A DNA stretch of 64,000 bases from an uncultured Planctomycetota bacterium (GCA_963719315.1 CAVRBU010000002.1:128001-192000); one strand, 5' to 3'; shown: positions 35,604-45,462, counted from the first letter of the stretch. Numbers and translations are program-made. Notes: generated by a model not told the origin, from the letters alone.

Positions 35604-36905
35604 TCACTCCACCGGCTCCGCCTTCCCGCGCACCAACGGCAACTCCGGCAACAGCAGCGCAAACGCCGCCGCCGGTATGAACAAGAAGCTTGTATACAGA
35701 AGGGCCTGTCGGTAATCGCCCGCGACACCGAATGTGCCGAAGTACACCGTGCCGAACGCCGCCGCGATTCGGCCGATGTTGTAACAAAAACCCGCGCCGG
35801 TCGTCCGCAGCAGCGTCGGAAACAGCGGCGGCAAGTACATCGTAAACAGCGCGAACACGCCCTGGCACACGCCAATCGCCGGCAGCCACACGTACATGCT
35901 CTCGTAACCGCGCGGTACGCAGTAGGCGCCAAACATCGTTGCGAAGTACGCGAGGCAAATCGTGACGATGGCCGCCCGGTACCCGATCCGGGACGCGATT
36001 GCGGCCGCCACGAAATTCCCTAACAGCGACGTTCCCACGACCAACGTCAGCCCCTGGATAGCCAGTTGGCTTTTCTCCCCATCCGTCCAACTGGCGACGT
36101 CCGGCAAATTCCGCAAATGCTGCGTCAACCAGAACATGAACGCCCAGTGCCCGGTGAGCGATGTCGCGCACACCAGAATTGCCGCGATTGTGATCCGCCG
36201 CACGCGACCTTGAAACAACTCGATAAACCTCGGCTGCTCGGTACTCGCGCTTTCCTTCGCCGCCTGCCATTCGGCCGGTTCCGGCACCGCCCGACGAATC
36301 CACAGCACCAATAGCGCCGGCAACACGCCGACCAGAAACACGGAGCGGTCTTCGAACTCGAGCAGTGTCAGCAGAATGTAGCCGGCCAGCATTGCCAGCA
36401 GAATGCCGAGATTCACGCCGCATTGCAGCACCGCTGCCACCCAGTGCCGCCACCGCGCGGGCCACGTCTCCGAGAGCATCGATGCCCCCACCGCCCACTC
36501 GCCGCCGATGCCGAGCGCCGCCAGAAAGCGGTACGCCAACAGGTGCTTCCAATCGGTCGCAAAGTACGACAGCCCGGTGAACAGCGCGTACGTAAGAATC
36601 GTAAGCATTAGCGCCCGGCTGCGACCCAACCGGTCGCCCACGCGCCCGAAGATACCGCCCCCCAACGCCCATCCCACCAAGAATGCGGCTTGAATCCAGG
36701 AGCTTTTCTCGCGAACGTCGTCCGAGCGCACATCCATCGCGAGCAATTGGGCCACAAAGGGCGTCGCCACGATCGTATAGAGATGCAGGTCGAGCCCGTC
36801 GAAGAACCATCCTAGCCACGCCGCCAGGCCCGACTTCCATTGTGTGCTCGAAATATCGCGGAGGCCGACAATCTCGGCGCGAACTTGGACAGAATCATTT
36901 GCCAT
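35604..36905 (-). CDS. MFS transporter
   Basis: GRVGDRLGRSR motif A, LGIGGEW, LFPTLLRTTG. Confidence 0.92.
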   Translation of the reverse strand: MANDSVQVRAEIVGLRDISSTQWKSGLAAWLGWFFDGLDLHLYTIVATPFVAQLLAMDVRSDDVREKSSWIQAAFLVGWALGGGIFGRVGDRLGRSRALMLTILTYALFTGLSYFATDWKHLLAYRFLAALGIGGEWAVGASMLSETWPARWRHWVAAVLQCGVNLGILLAMLAGYILLTLLEFEDRSVFLVGVLPALLVLWIRRAVPEPAEWQAAKESASTEQPRFIELFQGRVRRITIAAILVCATSLTGHWAFMFWLTQHLRNLPDVASWTDGEKSQLAIQGLTLVVGTSLLGNFVAAAIASRIGYRAAIVTICLAYFATMFGAYCVPRGYESMYVWLPAIGVCQGVFALFTMYLPPLFPTLLRTTGAGFCYNIGRIAAAFGTVYFGTFGVAGDYRQALLYTSFLFIPAAAFALLLPELPLVRGKAEPVE

Positions 36906-37158
36906 AACGCGCAGCCAAAAATAAGAGCACTAGTGAATTGCCGAATTCGGATAAGAATCGAATCACTATCGTAGGGTGTACCACGAACGAAAAACAGACT
37001 CCCACGATTTGGCGGCGGCGGCCACGCCGCTGCGACCCCAAACCGTTCCATTGAGCCAAACCGTCCCATACGCCCGCTCACGGCCATCCATAGCCGAACA
37101 CCCGCCCCGTTGAGTATGATCGGTATGGGGGATTCGCCTGTCGAACCGGAGTTCATCG

Positions 37159-38163
37159 ATGAATCGCAAGTTAAGTTTGACGTTGGCCTTGCTCGCACTG
37201 ACGCAAATCGGCCCCACCCCCACCGCCCACGGCGACGAATTCGTCATCGCCAGTTGGAACTGCGAAAACCTGTTCGATACGGCCGACGATCCCAAAGTCG
37301 AGGGCGATGAAGAATATACTCCCAATTCCCCCAAGCATTGGACGAAAGAGCGCCTCAATATCAAGCTCACGAATCTGGCCAGCATCATCAGCAAAATGAA
37401 GGACGGCCAGGGGCCAGACGTCCTTGGGTTGTGCGAAATCGAGAATCGCAAGGTCGTCGAGATGCTGGTCGAGAAACTTCAGCCGCTGGGCCGCAAATAC
37501 GAGATCATTCACAAGGATTCACCGAGCGAGCGCGGCATCGACTGCGCCATCCTCTTCGACAGCTCCGTGTTTTCGCTGGCCGATTCGAAATTCCACCACG
37601 TCGACGCCGGCAAGACTCGCGACATTGTCGAAGTCAAATTGCGTCGCAACGACAGCGACTTGTACGTCTTCATGGATCACTGGCCGTCTCGCCATCACGA
37701 GGAGCCCGCCCGCAACAGAGCCGCCGACACGGCCCGCAAACGGATCGATGAAATTCTGGCCGCCGATCCCCAGGCCGACATCATCCTGCTCGGCGATTTC
37801 AACGACGAATCGACCGACGAATCGATCCGCGACCACCTGCGGACCGCCACCAGCCAAGAGCACCTGCCGCCCGGCGAGTTGTTCGACACCACGGCCGTCA
37901 TCCGCGCGGCCGGCAAAGGCACGTTCGTCTACAAGAACAAGTGGGACATGCTCGATCACATCATCATTTCGCCTGGCCTACTCAACCCGCAGGGCTTCCA
38001 GTGGAAAGAAGGGAGCAGCCAACGGCTCGAATTCCCCGAACTTTTTTATCAACCCAAATATCCGGACGCGCTCAACCGCCCTTCGACCAGTTACACGAAG
38101 AATGTATTTCACAAAAATGGTTACTCCGACCATTTGCCGTTAAACTGCGTGATCGTACAGTGA
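37159..38163 (+). CDS. Secreted endonuclease/exonuclease/phosphatase family protein
   Basis: Signal peptide; WNCENLFD, LCEIEN, HWPSR, GDFND, SDHLP. Confidence 0.88.
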   Translation: MNRKLSLTLALLALTQIGPTPTAHGDEFVIASWNCENLFDTADDPKVEGDEEYTPNSPKHWTKERLNIKLTNLASIISKMKDGQGPDVLGLCEIENRKVVEMLVEKLQPLGRKYEIIHKDSPSERGIDCAILFDSSVFSLADSKFHHVDAGKTRDIVEVKLRRNDSDLYVFMDHWPSRHHEEPARNRAADTARKRIDEILAADPQADIILLGDFNDESTDESIRDHLRTATSQEHLPPGELFDTTAVIRAAGKGTFVYKNKWDMLDHIIISPGLLNPQGFQWKEGSSQRLEFPELFYQPKYPDALNRPSTSYTKNVFHKNGYSDHLPLNCVIVQ

Positions 38164-38199
38164 TGGTAGGGATCCACGCTCGCGTACGCCGGTGACTCT

Positions 38200-39105
38200 A
38201 TGCCGATTCAGATCGAATGCCCCGGTTGCAAAGCGACATTGCTTGTGGCCGACGAGCTGGCCGGCAAGCAGGGCAAATGCATTCATTGCGGTCATCGGCT
38301 CACGGTGCCGGGCCGAGCCAGCATCGGCGGGCTCTCGCCGACTCTTTTCGAGGCCACGCCGGAAGCGATGTTGCGCGAGCTATTTCGGCGTCAGCAAAGC
38401 GCCATGCTGTTGGTGTTCCCGATGCCGGCCGACGGGTCGTACGACCTTACCAAAATGCCCGAAACCGACTTGAAATGCATTGCGACTGAGGACATCAACC
38501 AGGTCCGCTTCGCGCAACTCGTAGCTGGCTTCACGCAACGCTACTCGCCGCGCAAGAAAAGGCCGGCTGGTCCGACGCTGGACGAACAATTGTTCGAGCT
38601 CAAAGGCGATCGACTCGGCATGTCGCTCGAGGAGTTCAAGCACAAGTATGAACGCAGCGGTGAAGGCGGCGTGCGCCTGCCGCTGTGCTCCGATACGGCT
38701 TGGGGCGCCAACAAGGCTTCGCTCCGCAGCGAGCCGTGGCATCAGAAGGCCGGAATCATTCACGCTCGCGTCGATGTGCCGTCTGAAGACAATTCGCCGA
38801 CGGTCGCCGGTGTGAAAACCGAACTGTTGTTGTACCAGTTCGTCGACGGCAAGCTGTTCCGCATGGTGGCGTTGCTGCCGACCGATAAATTTCATGTGTT
38901 CAGTGAAGCGGCCATCAAGAAGTTCGGCCCCGTGACGCGCGAAACTCAAAGACCACGGCAACTTGTCTGGGAAAACCCCGTCGCATGGATCTCGCTGACT
39001 CGCGGATCCGTGCACCCGCCGGAAGCCTCGGTGCTGGAACTCGTCCACCGACAATTACATCAAATTGCCGACTCGCGCACTCCCTCCGGAGCGGCGGACA
39101 TCTAA
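38200..39105 (+). CDS. Hypothetical protein with N-terminal zinc ribbon
   Basis: MPIQIECPGC...GKQGKCIHCG. Confidence 0.7.
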   Translation: MPIQIECPGCKATLLVADELAGKQGKCIHCGHRLTVPGRASIGGLSPTLFEATPEAMLRELFRRQQSAMLLVFPMPADGSYDLTKMPETDLKCIATEDINQVRFAQLVAGFTQRYSPRKKRPAGPTLDEQLFELKGDRLGMSLEEFKHKYERSGEGGVRLPLCSDTAWGANKASLRSEPWHQKAGIIHARVDVPSEDNSPTVAGVKTELLLYQFVDGKLFRMVALLPTDKFHVFSEAAIKKFGPVTRETQRPRQLVWENPVAWISLTRGSVHPPEASVLELVHRQLHQIADSRTPSGAADI

Positions 39106-39122
39106 CGCGATCCCATAAAAAT

Positions 39123-39195
39123 GTGGGAGGCGTTTCTGACGCCGATGAAGCGCACCATTGTCAACGCGGCATCGGCCTCGGAGAGGTCTCCCCCA
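39123..39195. repeat. REP-like inverted doublet (GTGGGAGGCGT..GACGCCGAT type)
   Basis: Inverted imperfect arms between convergent genes. Confidence 0.55.
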
Positions 39196-39219
39196 TCAAT
39201 GGACAATTTGCAACGATTG

Positions 39220-39681
39220 CTAGATCGCATCGAGGCTGTCCTTATACCGCTCAACCACCTCCCGCGGTTCCAAATTGAACACGGCCCGTCCCTGCGTCGT
39301 CCACTCGCGGCCGTTGTGCGTGAACACCGCCGTTGCCGCTCGGAGGTTTCCCACCGCCTCAACGTCTTCCATCCCGCCGCCTTCAATCGCCTCGAACCCG
39401 ATCGTCACGCCCACGAGACCCACGAACTGGCCGTTGGCTCGATCGCGGGCCAGCAGCACGCCTTGCTGAAACGCGCATTGCTTCCACGCCAGCCCGCGCG
39501 GTTTGCCGCTCGCCGCGGCCGACTTGAAGAAAGCGCTCTCCAGCGAATCCTGGTCGCGCACGAATTGCCGCAGCGCACGCTCGATCCGCCGCTTGAATAG
39601 CGTCGGCCGCAGAAGGGCCCAGGCCAGCCAAGCGATCAATAGAAATAAGAACGCCAAAAACCAGAACACAATGCGGAACAC
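39220..39681 (-). CDS. Hypothetical membrane-anchored protein
   Basis: N-terminal TM helix; SGKPRGLAW, GGGMEDVEAVGNLR. Confidence 0.7.
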   Translation of the reverse strand: MFRIVFWFLAFLFLLIAWLAWALLRPTLFKRRIERALRQFVRDQDSLESAFFKSAAASGKPRGLAWKQCAFQQGVLLARDRANGQFVGLVGVTIGFEAIEGGGMEDVEAVGNLRAATAVFTHNGREWTTQGRAVFNLEPREVVERYKDSLDAI

Positions 39682-39841
39682 ATTCCTCTCGCTTCCAAAG
39701 GAATAGCAGTGGGTGTCACGCTCTCACGAAGCACCGACATGTCCACGCTAGCGATCACGCCTTCCTGCTTCGCGTGAGCACGTTCGCGCGAGCGAGCGCA
39801 TGTCACCCTTGCAGACGCTAAGCAATCTAGCACGAACCGCG

Positions 39842-40243
39842 CTAGCGTTGAACCGGCGGGGCGAAGATCACTGATCGCGAAGCTGCCGGAGGCACGGTTG
39901 GCTGAGACGCCGGAGCGGGTTCAGCGGAGGGCGTCATCAGCGCCGGCTCCTCTGCTCCGCCACTGCGCAAATCGAATGAGCGACCATTGTAGCAAGGCGA
40001 GCACGCGTAGGGATTTGGCGCGTGCAACAACCTCACTTCGTTCGGTGGATGTAAACATTCGCACGTGATCGGTCCCAGAATGAACGGCGCATGATATCCA
40101 CCGCCATAGCCGCATCCAAGCCACTGGCATACGTTGCTCGGCACGTTCCAATAGCCAGTGGCGCTCGCCGCCGAGGCCCCGGCCAACGCGAGGAAAGTCG
40201 CAAGCGCATACGCGAAACCGGTCCGAGTAGCATGCCGAATCAC
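39842..40243 (-). CDS. Hypothetical secreted protein
   Basis: Signal peptide ending ASA; Cys/Gly-rich core, Pro-rich tail; start uncertain. Confidence 0.55.
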   Translation of the reverse strand: MIRHATRTGFAYALATFLALAGASAASATGYWNVPSNVCQWLGCGYGGGYHAPFILGPITCECLHPPNEVRLLHAPNPYACSPCYNGRSFDLRSGGAEEPALMTPSAEPAPASQPTVPPAASRSVIFAPPVQR

Positions 40244-40406
40244 GTGCTGAATCCTTATGAGTGTAGCCCTCTCGCTTCACGAGAGGATTTCTGCCCGCGG
40301 AGCGAGCAGCCTTATCTATAATCGAGCGGCCCGCGACCGAATAATCAGCGAATCCCCCGCCCGTTGCACGCGCGGCACAACCCGCACAGCTTCGCGCCGC
40401 CGCGGC

Positions 40407-41666
40407 TCAGTCGTTGTAATTGTGCCGCTCGACGTACTCGGTCAAGAAATGTCGCGAGATGAGCCGGTCCACGTCGAACACGTGGGCCAGCAGGGCGGCG
40501 CGAATCCACATCCCGTTGCGGGCCTGGCGGAAGTACATGGCCCGCGGGTCGTTGTCGATCTCCGGCGGAATCTCGCCGAAATGTTGATCGCGCGGGAACG
40601 GGTGCAAGATCGGCGAATACTCTTTCATCCGGCCCACCAGATCCGCCGTCAGGCAATACCGCGAAAAATCAATACTCGCCATCGACGCCGCATCCGCCGG
40701 GTCGTTGTGCTCCTTCTGGAGCCGCGTCATGTACAACGCATCGAGTTGCTCGATCACGGGCTTGCCGTCGAGCAAATCTTCGAACGATTCCACTTCGTAA
40801 AATCGCACGTTCCGATCCGCCAGCCGCTCGCGAAGGTCCTCGCGCATCGCCAGCTTCGGATGGTCGGGCGCCACGAACACCAATCGCACGCCTTCGTACA
40901 GCGCCAGCAACATGGCGAGCGACCGCACGGTTCGCCCGCGGCCGATATCGCCGCAGAAACCGAACGTTTTGTGGGCAAGCCCTTTCGTCAGGCCGTCGTA
41001 GCCCTTCCGCTCGCGCAGCTCTTCGAACTTACTCGCGGAGGGCGAATCCTTCGGGCTCGCAAACTGGAACGACCGCTGCAAGGTGTAGATATCCAACAAC
41101 GCCTGCGTCGGATGCTCATCGGCGCCGGAGCCCGCGTTCACGATCGGCACGCTACGATTGCCGCCCGAATCCAAGTCGTTCATCAGATAGGCACACGACT
41201 CCGCCAGCCGCGCGACTGGGCTCCGCATGATGATCACGTCGAAGTAGCTGCTGAACATGCGGATCGAATCGAACCGCGTCTCGCCCTTCGTTTCGGAAGA
41301 CGTGCTGGGATCGCGAACTTCATTGCATGTGATGCCCAGTATCTGGCAGGCCGCCATGAACGAAAGGAAAGTCCGCGTCGAGGGCTGCGTAAAATAAAGC
41401 ATCGCCCGCTTATGCGGCAACAGATTGATCAGAAAATCCTGCCCGGCGCGGCTCTTCGACAAGAGACGGATCATATCCGCGATGCCGGCCAGCTCTTCCA
41501 AGAGCGGCACCGTATATTGGCCAGAAAAGATGACGTGGCGAATCCGCCCGTCTCGCTCGAACTCCGGCGTTTTCATCCGCACCGGCCGTTGCAAACGCGA
41601 ATCGTACAGCAGCAGGTCGCGCTCGTCCTGCGTTTTGGGGCGCTTCATGGTGGGGGCGGAAGACAT
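40407..41666 (-). CDS. pyrB: Aspartate carbamoyltransferase catalytic subunit (long variant)
   Basis: PSTRTFLSF, SSETKGE, NAGSGADEHPTQALLD, YMTRLQKE, HPFPR, YFRQARNG. Confidence 0.85.
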   Translation of the reverse strand: MSSAPTMKRPKTQDERDLLLYDSRLQRPVRMKTPEFERDGRIRHVIFSGQYTVPLLEELAGIADMIRLLSKSRAGQDFLINLLPHKRAMLYFTQPSTRTFLSFMAACQILGITCNEVRDPSTSSETKGETRFDSIRMFSSYFDVIIMRSPVARLAESCAYLMNDLDSGGNRSVPIVNAGSGADEHPTQALLDIYTLQRSFQFASPKDSPSASKFEELRERKGYDGLTKGLAHKTFGFCGDIGRGRTVRSLAMLLALYEGVRLVFVAPDHPKLAMREDLRERLADRNVRFYEVESFEDLLDGKPVIEQLDALYMTRLQKEHNDPADAASMASIDFSRYCLTADLVGRMKEYSPILHPFPRDQHFGEIPPEIDNDPRAMYFRQARNGMWIRAALLAHVFDVDRLISRHFLTEYVERHNYND

Positions 41667-41748
41667 ATTCGCACCGGCTGCCTTGCCGTAGTTGGTCTCT
41701 TATTTTATCGCACAACAGTCCCGAGACCGTCAAGGGACTGCGAAAGCC

Positions 41749-41870
41749 GGTGGTGTCATAATTTGCGGCACAACAAGCTTTTACCACGGACTTCAATCCG
41801 TACGAGAATCACGGACTGAAGTCCGTGCTACAAAGTTCCGGTCCGAACGGTGCCAAATTAGGACACCACC
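41749..41870. mobile_element. MITE copy 2 containing a REP doublet
   Basis: TIRs GGTGGTGTCATAATTTG / CAAATTAGGACACCACC; flanks CGAAAGCC / CGAAAGCA. Confidence 0.82.
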
Positions 41871-41877
41871 CGAAAGC

Positions 41878-41960
41878 AGTTCGATTTTAGCTCTTAGCCT
41901 TTGACCAGAAATCTTGCAGTTCCACTCTGGCTAAGAGCTAACAGCTATCGGCTAACAGCT
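41878..41960. repeat. Inverted heptamer-array pair (AGCTAAC type)
   Basis: attttag ctcttag cctttga ... ggctaag agctaac agctatc ggctaac agct. Confidence 0.65.
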
Positions 41961-41964
41961 TCTT

Positions 41965-43623
41965 TCAATCCGCCACCCGCCACCGCACCTGAAATAGCCG
42001 AATCATCACCAAAACCAAAACCGCGTTGTATAAAATCGTCCAGCCAACGTATCCGAAGAAAATGCGCAAGTCCGACGCCGCCGCCCTCGCGGCCGCGGCC
42101 GCCTCTGAACTGTTCAACGTTGCCCCTTCGGAGCTTTCAACGTCGAGCGGCAGCGCGAACGTCGCCGAAAACGGGCTGAGGACGCCCACCTTGCTCGCGA
42201 TCGCGGCCTGCGACGTGCCCTGAAAAAACGTCTGCGCGAAAAACTTCACCGCCACCGGCGCCATGAACATCACGACGATAATCATGTACGTCGAGATCAG
42301 GCTGGTGGCTGTCTTTTGAAAGATGCTCGAACAAAACAGGGCCGTCACGGCCGTCGTCAGACACGTCAGTGCGACGATCAGCACATAGCCCGCCATCGTC
42401 GGCAAATTGCGCCAAAACGGCAGCGGCATGACGCACGCCAGCAGCACCGGCCACAGCAAAAACGATGTCAGCACGCTCGAAACCCGCAGCCCCGAAAGCA
42501 GTTTGCCCCACAGCATTTGCCACGGCGTCACCAGCGTCACCAGCAGCAAATCGAGCGTTTGCCGCTCGCGTTCGCTCGTGACGCTCCCCGCCGAGAACAC
42601 TGGCCCGACTAGGACGTTGAACAAGATTACGTATGAAATGTACCAGGCTGCGAGTGCCGGCGCGATGTACAAGCAGGCCGCCATCACGAACAGCGCCAGC
42701 AGCATGCTGATCTGAACCACCAGCCGCAGCATGAGCGTGCCTTGGCTGAAAATCTCGCTCCGCATTTCCTTGTCGTAGATCGGGTTCGTGCCCTCCTCCA
42801 TGAACGTGTTGCGCTTGGGCGGCGCGAATAATCTATCCGGAAATTCATCGCGCTTGATGTACAGCCCGACTGCCTCGCGGGCCTCTGTCTCCAGATCAAC
42901 GACTTCTTTCCCCTCGCTGCCCAAATCGGGCGGATACAACAGCCGCCGGCAGGCGTTGTGCCACATCAACGCCGACAGCGACACGCACACGACCGGCACG
43001 ACCGTAAGCACGACCAGCAATCGCAGCCCGCCAAGCTGCTCCATCTGCTGCCACACCAGCACGCACACGGCCGCCAGCGGTAGAATCATCAAATACGACA
43101 CGACCAGCGACGCGCTGGTGCGCTTGAAATAGCTGCTGGCCCACAGGCTGATCATGCCGAACAGTCCGACGGTCGAGATCATGCCGAAATAGGCCACGAT
43201 CACTTCGTACAACGAGACGCCGCCCAGCGGCAGGCACAACATCACGATCGGCAGCGAGCAGATCATGAGAATGCCCAGATGGCACAACGCCGCGAACAGC
43301 TTCCCCAGCACGATCGCCCCCGGCCGCAACGGCGTTGCGAGGAGCATTTCATAGCTCATCCGCTCTTTTTCACCCGTGATCGCCCCCGCTGCAAAGCTCG
43401 GCGCCATCATCGAGGCGAGTATGTACTGCCCGAAAAAGAACAAATTAACGAGCCGCTTCGCGGCTTCCGGCTGAGCGAGATCCAACCGCTGCTGCTGCGG
43501 CCAGGCCAGCCACACGACACCGCCCAACAGCGCCACGTACACGAACAACAGCACAAACGCCCGCGGCATCCGCAGGTTCGTGAGCAGCTCGCGCTGTAGG
43601 ACGGGGTTTTCTCGGACGTACAT
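41965..43623 (-). CDS. ABC-2 type transporter permease (duplicated domain)
   Basis: ENPVLQREL; two ITGEKER/VTSERER...GKL repeats; many TM segments. Confidence 0.85.
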   Translation of the reverse strand: MYVRENPVLQRELLTNLRMPRAFVLLFVYVALLGGVVWLAWPQQQRLDLAQPEAAKRLVNLFFFGQYILASMMAPSFAAGAITGEKERMSYEMLLATPLRPGAIVLGKLFAALCHLGILMICSLPIVMLCLPLGGVSLYEVIVAYFGMISTVGLFGMISLWASSYFKRTSASLVVSYLMILPLAAVCVLVWQQMEQLGGLRLLVVLTVVPVVCVSLSALMWHNACRRLLYPPDLGSEGKEVVDLETEAREAVGLYIKRDEFPDRLFAPPKRNTFMEEGTNPIYDKEMRSEIFSQGTLMLRLVVQISMLLALFVMAACLYIAPALAAWYISYVILFNVLVGPVFSAGSVTSERERQTLDLLLVTLVTPWQMLWGKLLSGLRVSSVLTSFLLWPVLLACVMPLPFWRNLPTMAGYVLIVALTCLTTAVTALFCSSIFQKTATSLISTYMIIVVMFMAPVAVKFFAQTFFQGTSQAAIASKVGVLSPFSATFALPLDVESSEGATLNSSEAAAAARAAASDLRIFFGYVGWTILYNAVLVLVMIRLFQVRWRVAD

Positions 43624-43626
43624 GAT

Positions 43627-43661
43627 GAGGAGCGAGTGGTGAGAAACGAGGAGCGAGGGGC
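43627..43661. repeat. Heptamer array, left arm flanking the four-helix-bundle gene
   Basis: gaggagc gagtggt gagaaac gaggagc gaggggc. Confidence 0.75.
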
Positions 43662-43682
43662 GGAGATTTCCCAATAGCCAAG

Positions 43683-44075
43683 TTAATACTCTTTGCGAAG
43701 CTTTGCATTCAAAGACCGTCGCAATCCGGCCAACATGCGGCTTTCTTCATCGAGCATGCTCATAACTGGCTCCATCGCTTGTCGCGTTACATATTCTAGC
43801 CGCTGTGCTATTATCAATTGTGTTTCTAATTCCTAATTCCTAATTCCTAATTCCGAAACTGAACCACGCGAGATTGCCAAGAAACGAATCAGGTCCTTGG
43901 TATGGCCTCGACAATGGCCTTCCGCGATATTGGACGAGATTGAAATCGCGGCGCGTCGCATTTGGCTTGTGAGGCCATAAGTCTCACGCCGTGGAAATGT
44001 TTCGGTTAATCGATAAATCGCGACTGAAATCTCAACGCCGAGCTGCCACACCTTTAGGTCACGGTAGCCGTCCAT
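43683..44075 (-). pseudogene. Four helix bundle protein (23S rRNA IVS-protein-like), interrupted by GGAATTA x4 that introduces an in-frame TAG
   Basis: YRDLKVWQ, FPRRETYGLTSQMRRAAISISSNIAEG, RGSVSEL; removing 21 bp restores ETQLIIAQRLEY...LRKEY (123 aa). Confidence 0.88.
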
Positions 44076-44097
44076 CGAGATACTCCAATCATGTCGT

Positions 44098-44134
44098 CCG
44101 ACTCGCGCTCCTCGCCGCTCGCTCCTCGCAACTC
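44098..44134. repeat. Heptamer array, right arm (reverse complement of 43627..43661)
   Basis: gctcctc gccgctc gctcctc gcaactc, abutting the argG stop. Confidence 0.75.
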
Positions 44135-45347
44135 AATACTTCCGCGGCCGAACATTCCCCAACACCCTTCCCGGCAACCCTTGGATCCGCAAAAAGCCTT
44201 CCGCGTCCGTTTGATCGTAACTGCCGCCCGCTTCCATGCTGGCCGTTGCCGCATCGTACAAGCTGTTCGGACTCGTCCGCCCGCGCACGAGTACGTTCCC
44301 CTTATAGAATCCTAGTGTCACCTCGCCATTCACCGCCTGCTGCACTTCGCGCGAGAATGCCATGAGTGCATCCATCTTCGGCACGTACCAAAAGCCGTAA
44401 TAAATCATCTCGGCCACTTCCGGCGCAAGCCGATCGCGCAAGTGCACTGTATCGCGATCGAGCGTCAATTGTTCAATCGCCAAATGGGCCGCATACAACG
44501 CCGTCATCCCCGGCGCCTCGTATACGCCGCGACTCTTCATGCCCACAAACCGATTTTCGACGATATCAATCCGCCCCACGCCATTACGGCCGGCAATCGT
44601 ATTCATCTCCTCGACCATCTCCAGAGCCGACCGCCGCTTGCGGCTTAGCGCGACCGGCACGCCCTTCTCAAAACCCACCGTCACTTCCTCAACCTTATCA
44701 GGCGCCTGCTGCGGCGACACAGTCATCCCGAAATCGATGATCGACACGCCATCCACCGCTGGGTCTTCGAGCTTCCCCGCCTCATAGCTAATGTGCAGGC
44801 AATTCTCATCCGAGCTGTACGGTTTGGCGATCGACGCCTTCACCGGAATCTTTTTCGCCGTGCAGAAATCGATCATCTCCTTGCGGCCGGGGAACTTGTC
44901 TCGATATTTCTTGATTCGCCACGGAGCCACGACTTTAATCCCCGGCTCCAGCGCCTCGGCCGCCAATTGGAACCGGCACTGATCGTTTCCCTTGCCCGTC
45001 GCTCCGTGCGCGAACGCATTCGCCCCCACTTCGCGGGCCACCTGCAAGCAAGCCTTTGCGATCAGTGGCCGAGCGATCGAAGTGCCCAGCAGATAAATGC
45101 CCTCGTACTTCGCCTGCCACCCCAACACCGGAAACGCGAAGTCGCGGCATAGCTCCTCGCGGGCATCCACAATCCGCGCCGACGCCGCCCCGCAATCGCG
45201 GGCCTTCTTCAAAATCGCCTCGCGATCCTCGCCCGGCTGCCCCAGGTCGATATACGCGCAGTGCACGTCGTAACCTTCATCTTGCAACCAGCCGAGAATG
45301 ACCGAAGTATCGAGACCGCCAGAGTACGCGAGAACGCAAGAGGGCAT
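44133..45347 (-). CDS. argG: Argininosuccinate synthase
   Basis: LAYSGGLDTS, LGTSIARP, HGATGKGNDQ, ENRFVGMKSRGVYE. Confidence 0.97.
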   Translation of the reverse strand: MPSCVLAYSGGLDTSVILGWLQDEGYDVHCAYIDLGQPGEDREAILKKARDCGAASARIVDAREELCRDFAFPVLGWQAKYEGIYLLGTSIARPLIAKACLQVAREVGANAFAHGATGKGNDQCRFQLAAEALEPGIKVVAPWRIKKYRDKFPGRKEMIDFCTAKKIPVKASIAKPYSSDENCLHISYEAGKLEDPAVDGVSIIDFGMTVSPQQAPDKVEEVTVGFEKGVPVALSRKRRSALEMVEEMNTIAGRNGVGRIDIVENRFVGMKSRGVYEAPGMTALYAAHLAIEQLTLDRDTVHLRDRLAPEVAEMIYYGFWYVPKMDALMAFSREVQQAVNGEVTLGFYKGNVLVRGRTSPNSLYDAATASMEAGGSYDQTDAEGFLRIQGLPGRVLGNVRPRKY

Positions 45348-45462
45348 GGGAGGATTCAGGGTGCGGGATACAGGGGGCAGGGAAAGGTTAAACGCGCTGT
45401 ATAGACGCGCCTTGCCCATTGTGGTTCGCGGATGCCAACGTGACAAGGATGCGGCGAAACAC

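Noticed and set aside
43683..44075. Diversity-generating retroelement (Avd-like fold)
   Set aside because: No reverse transcriptase and no template/variable repeat pair differing at adenines was seen in the window.
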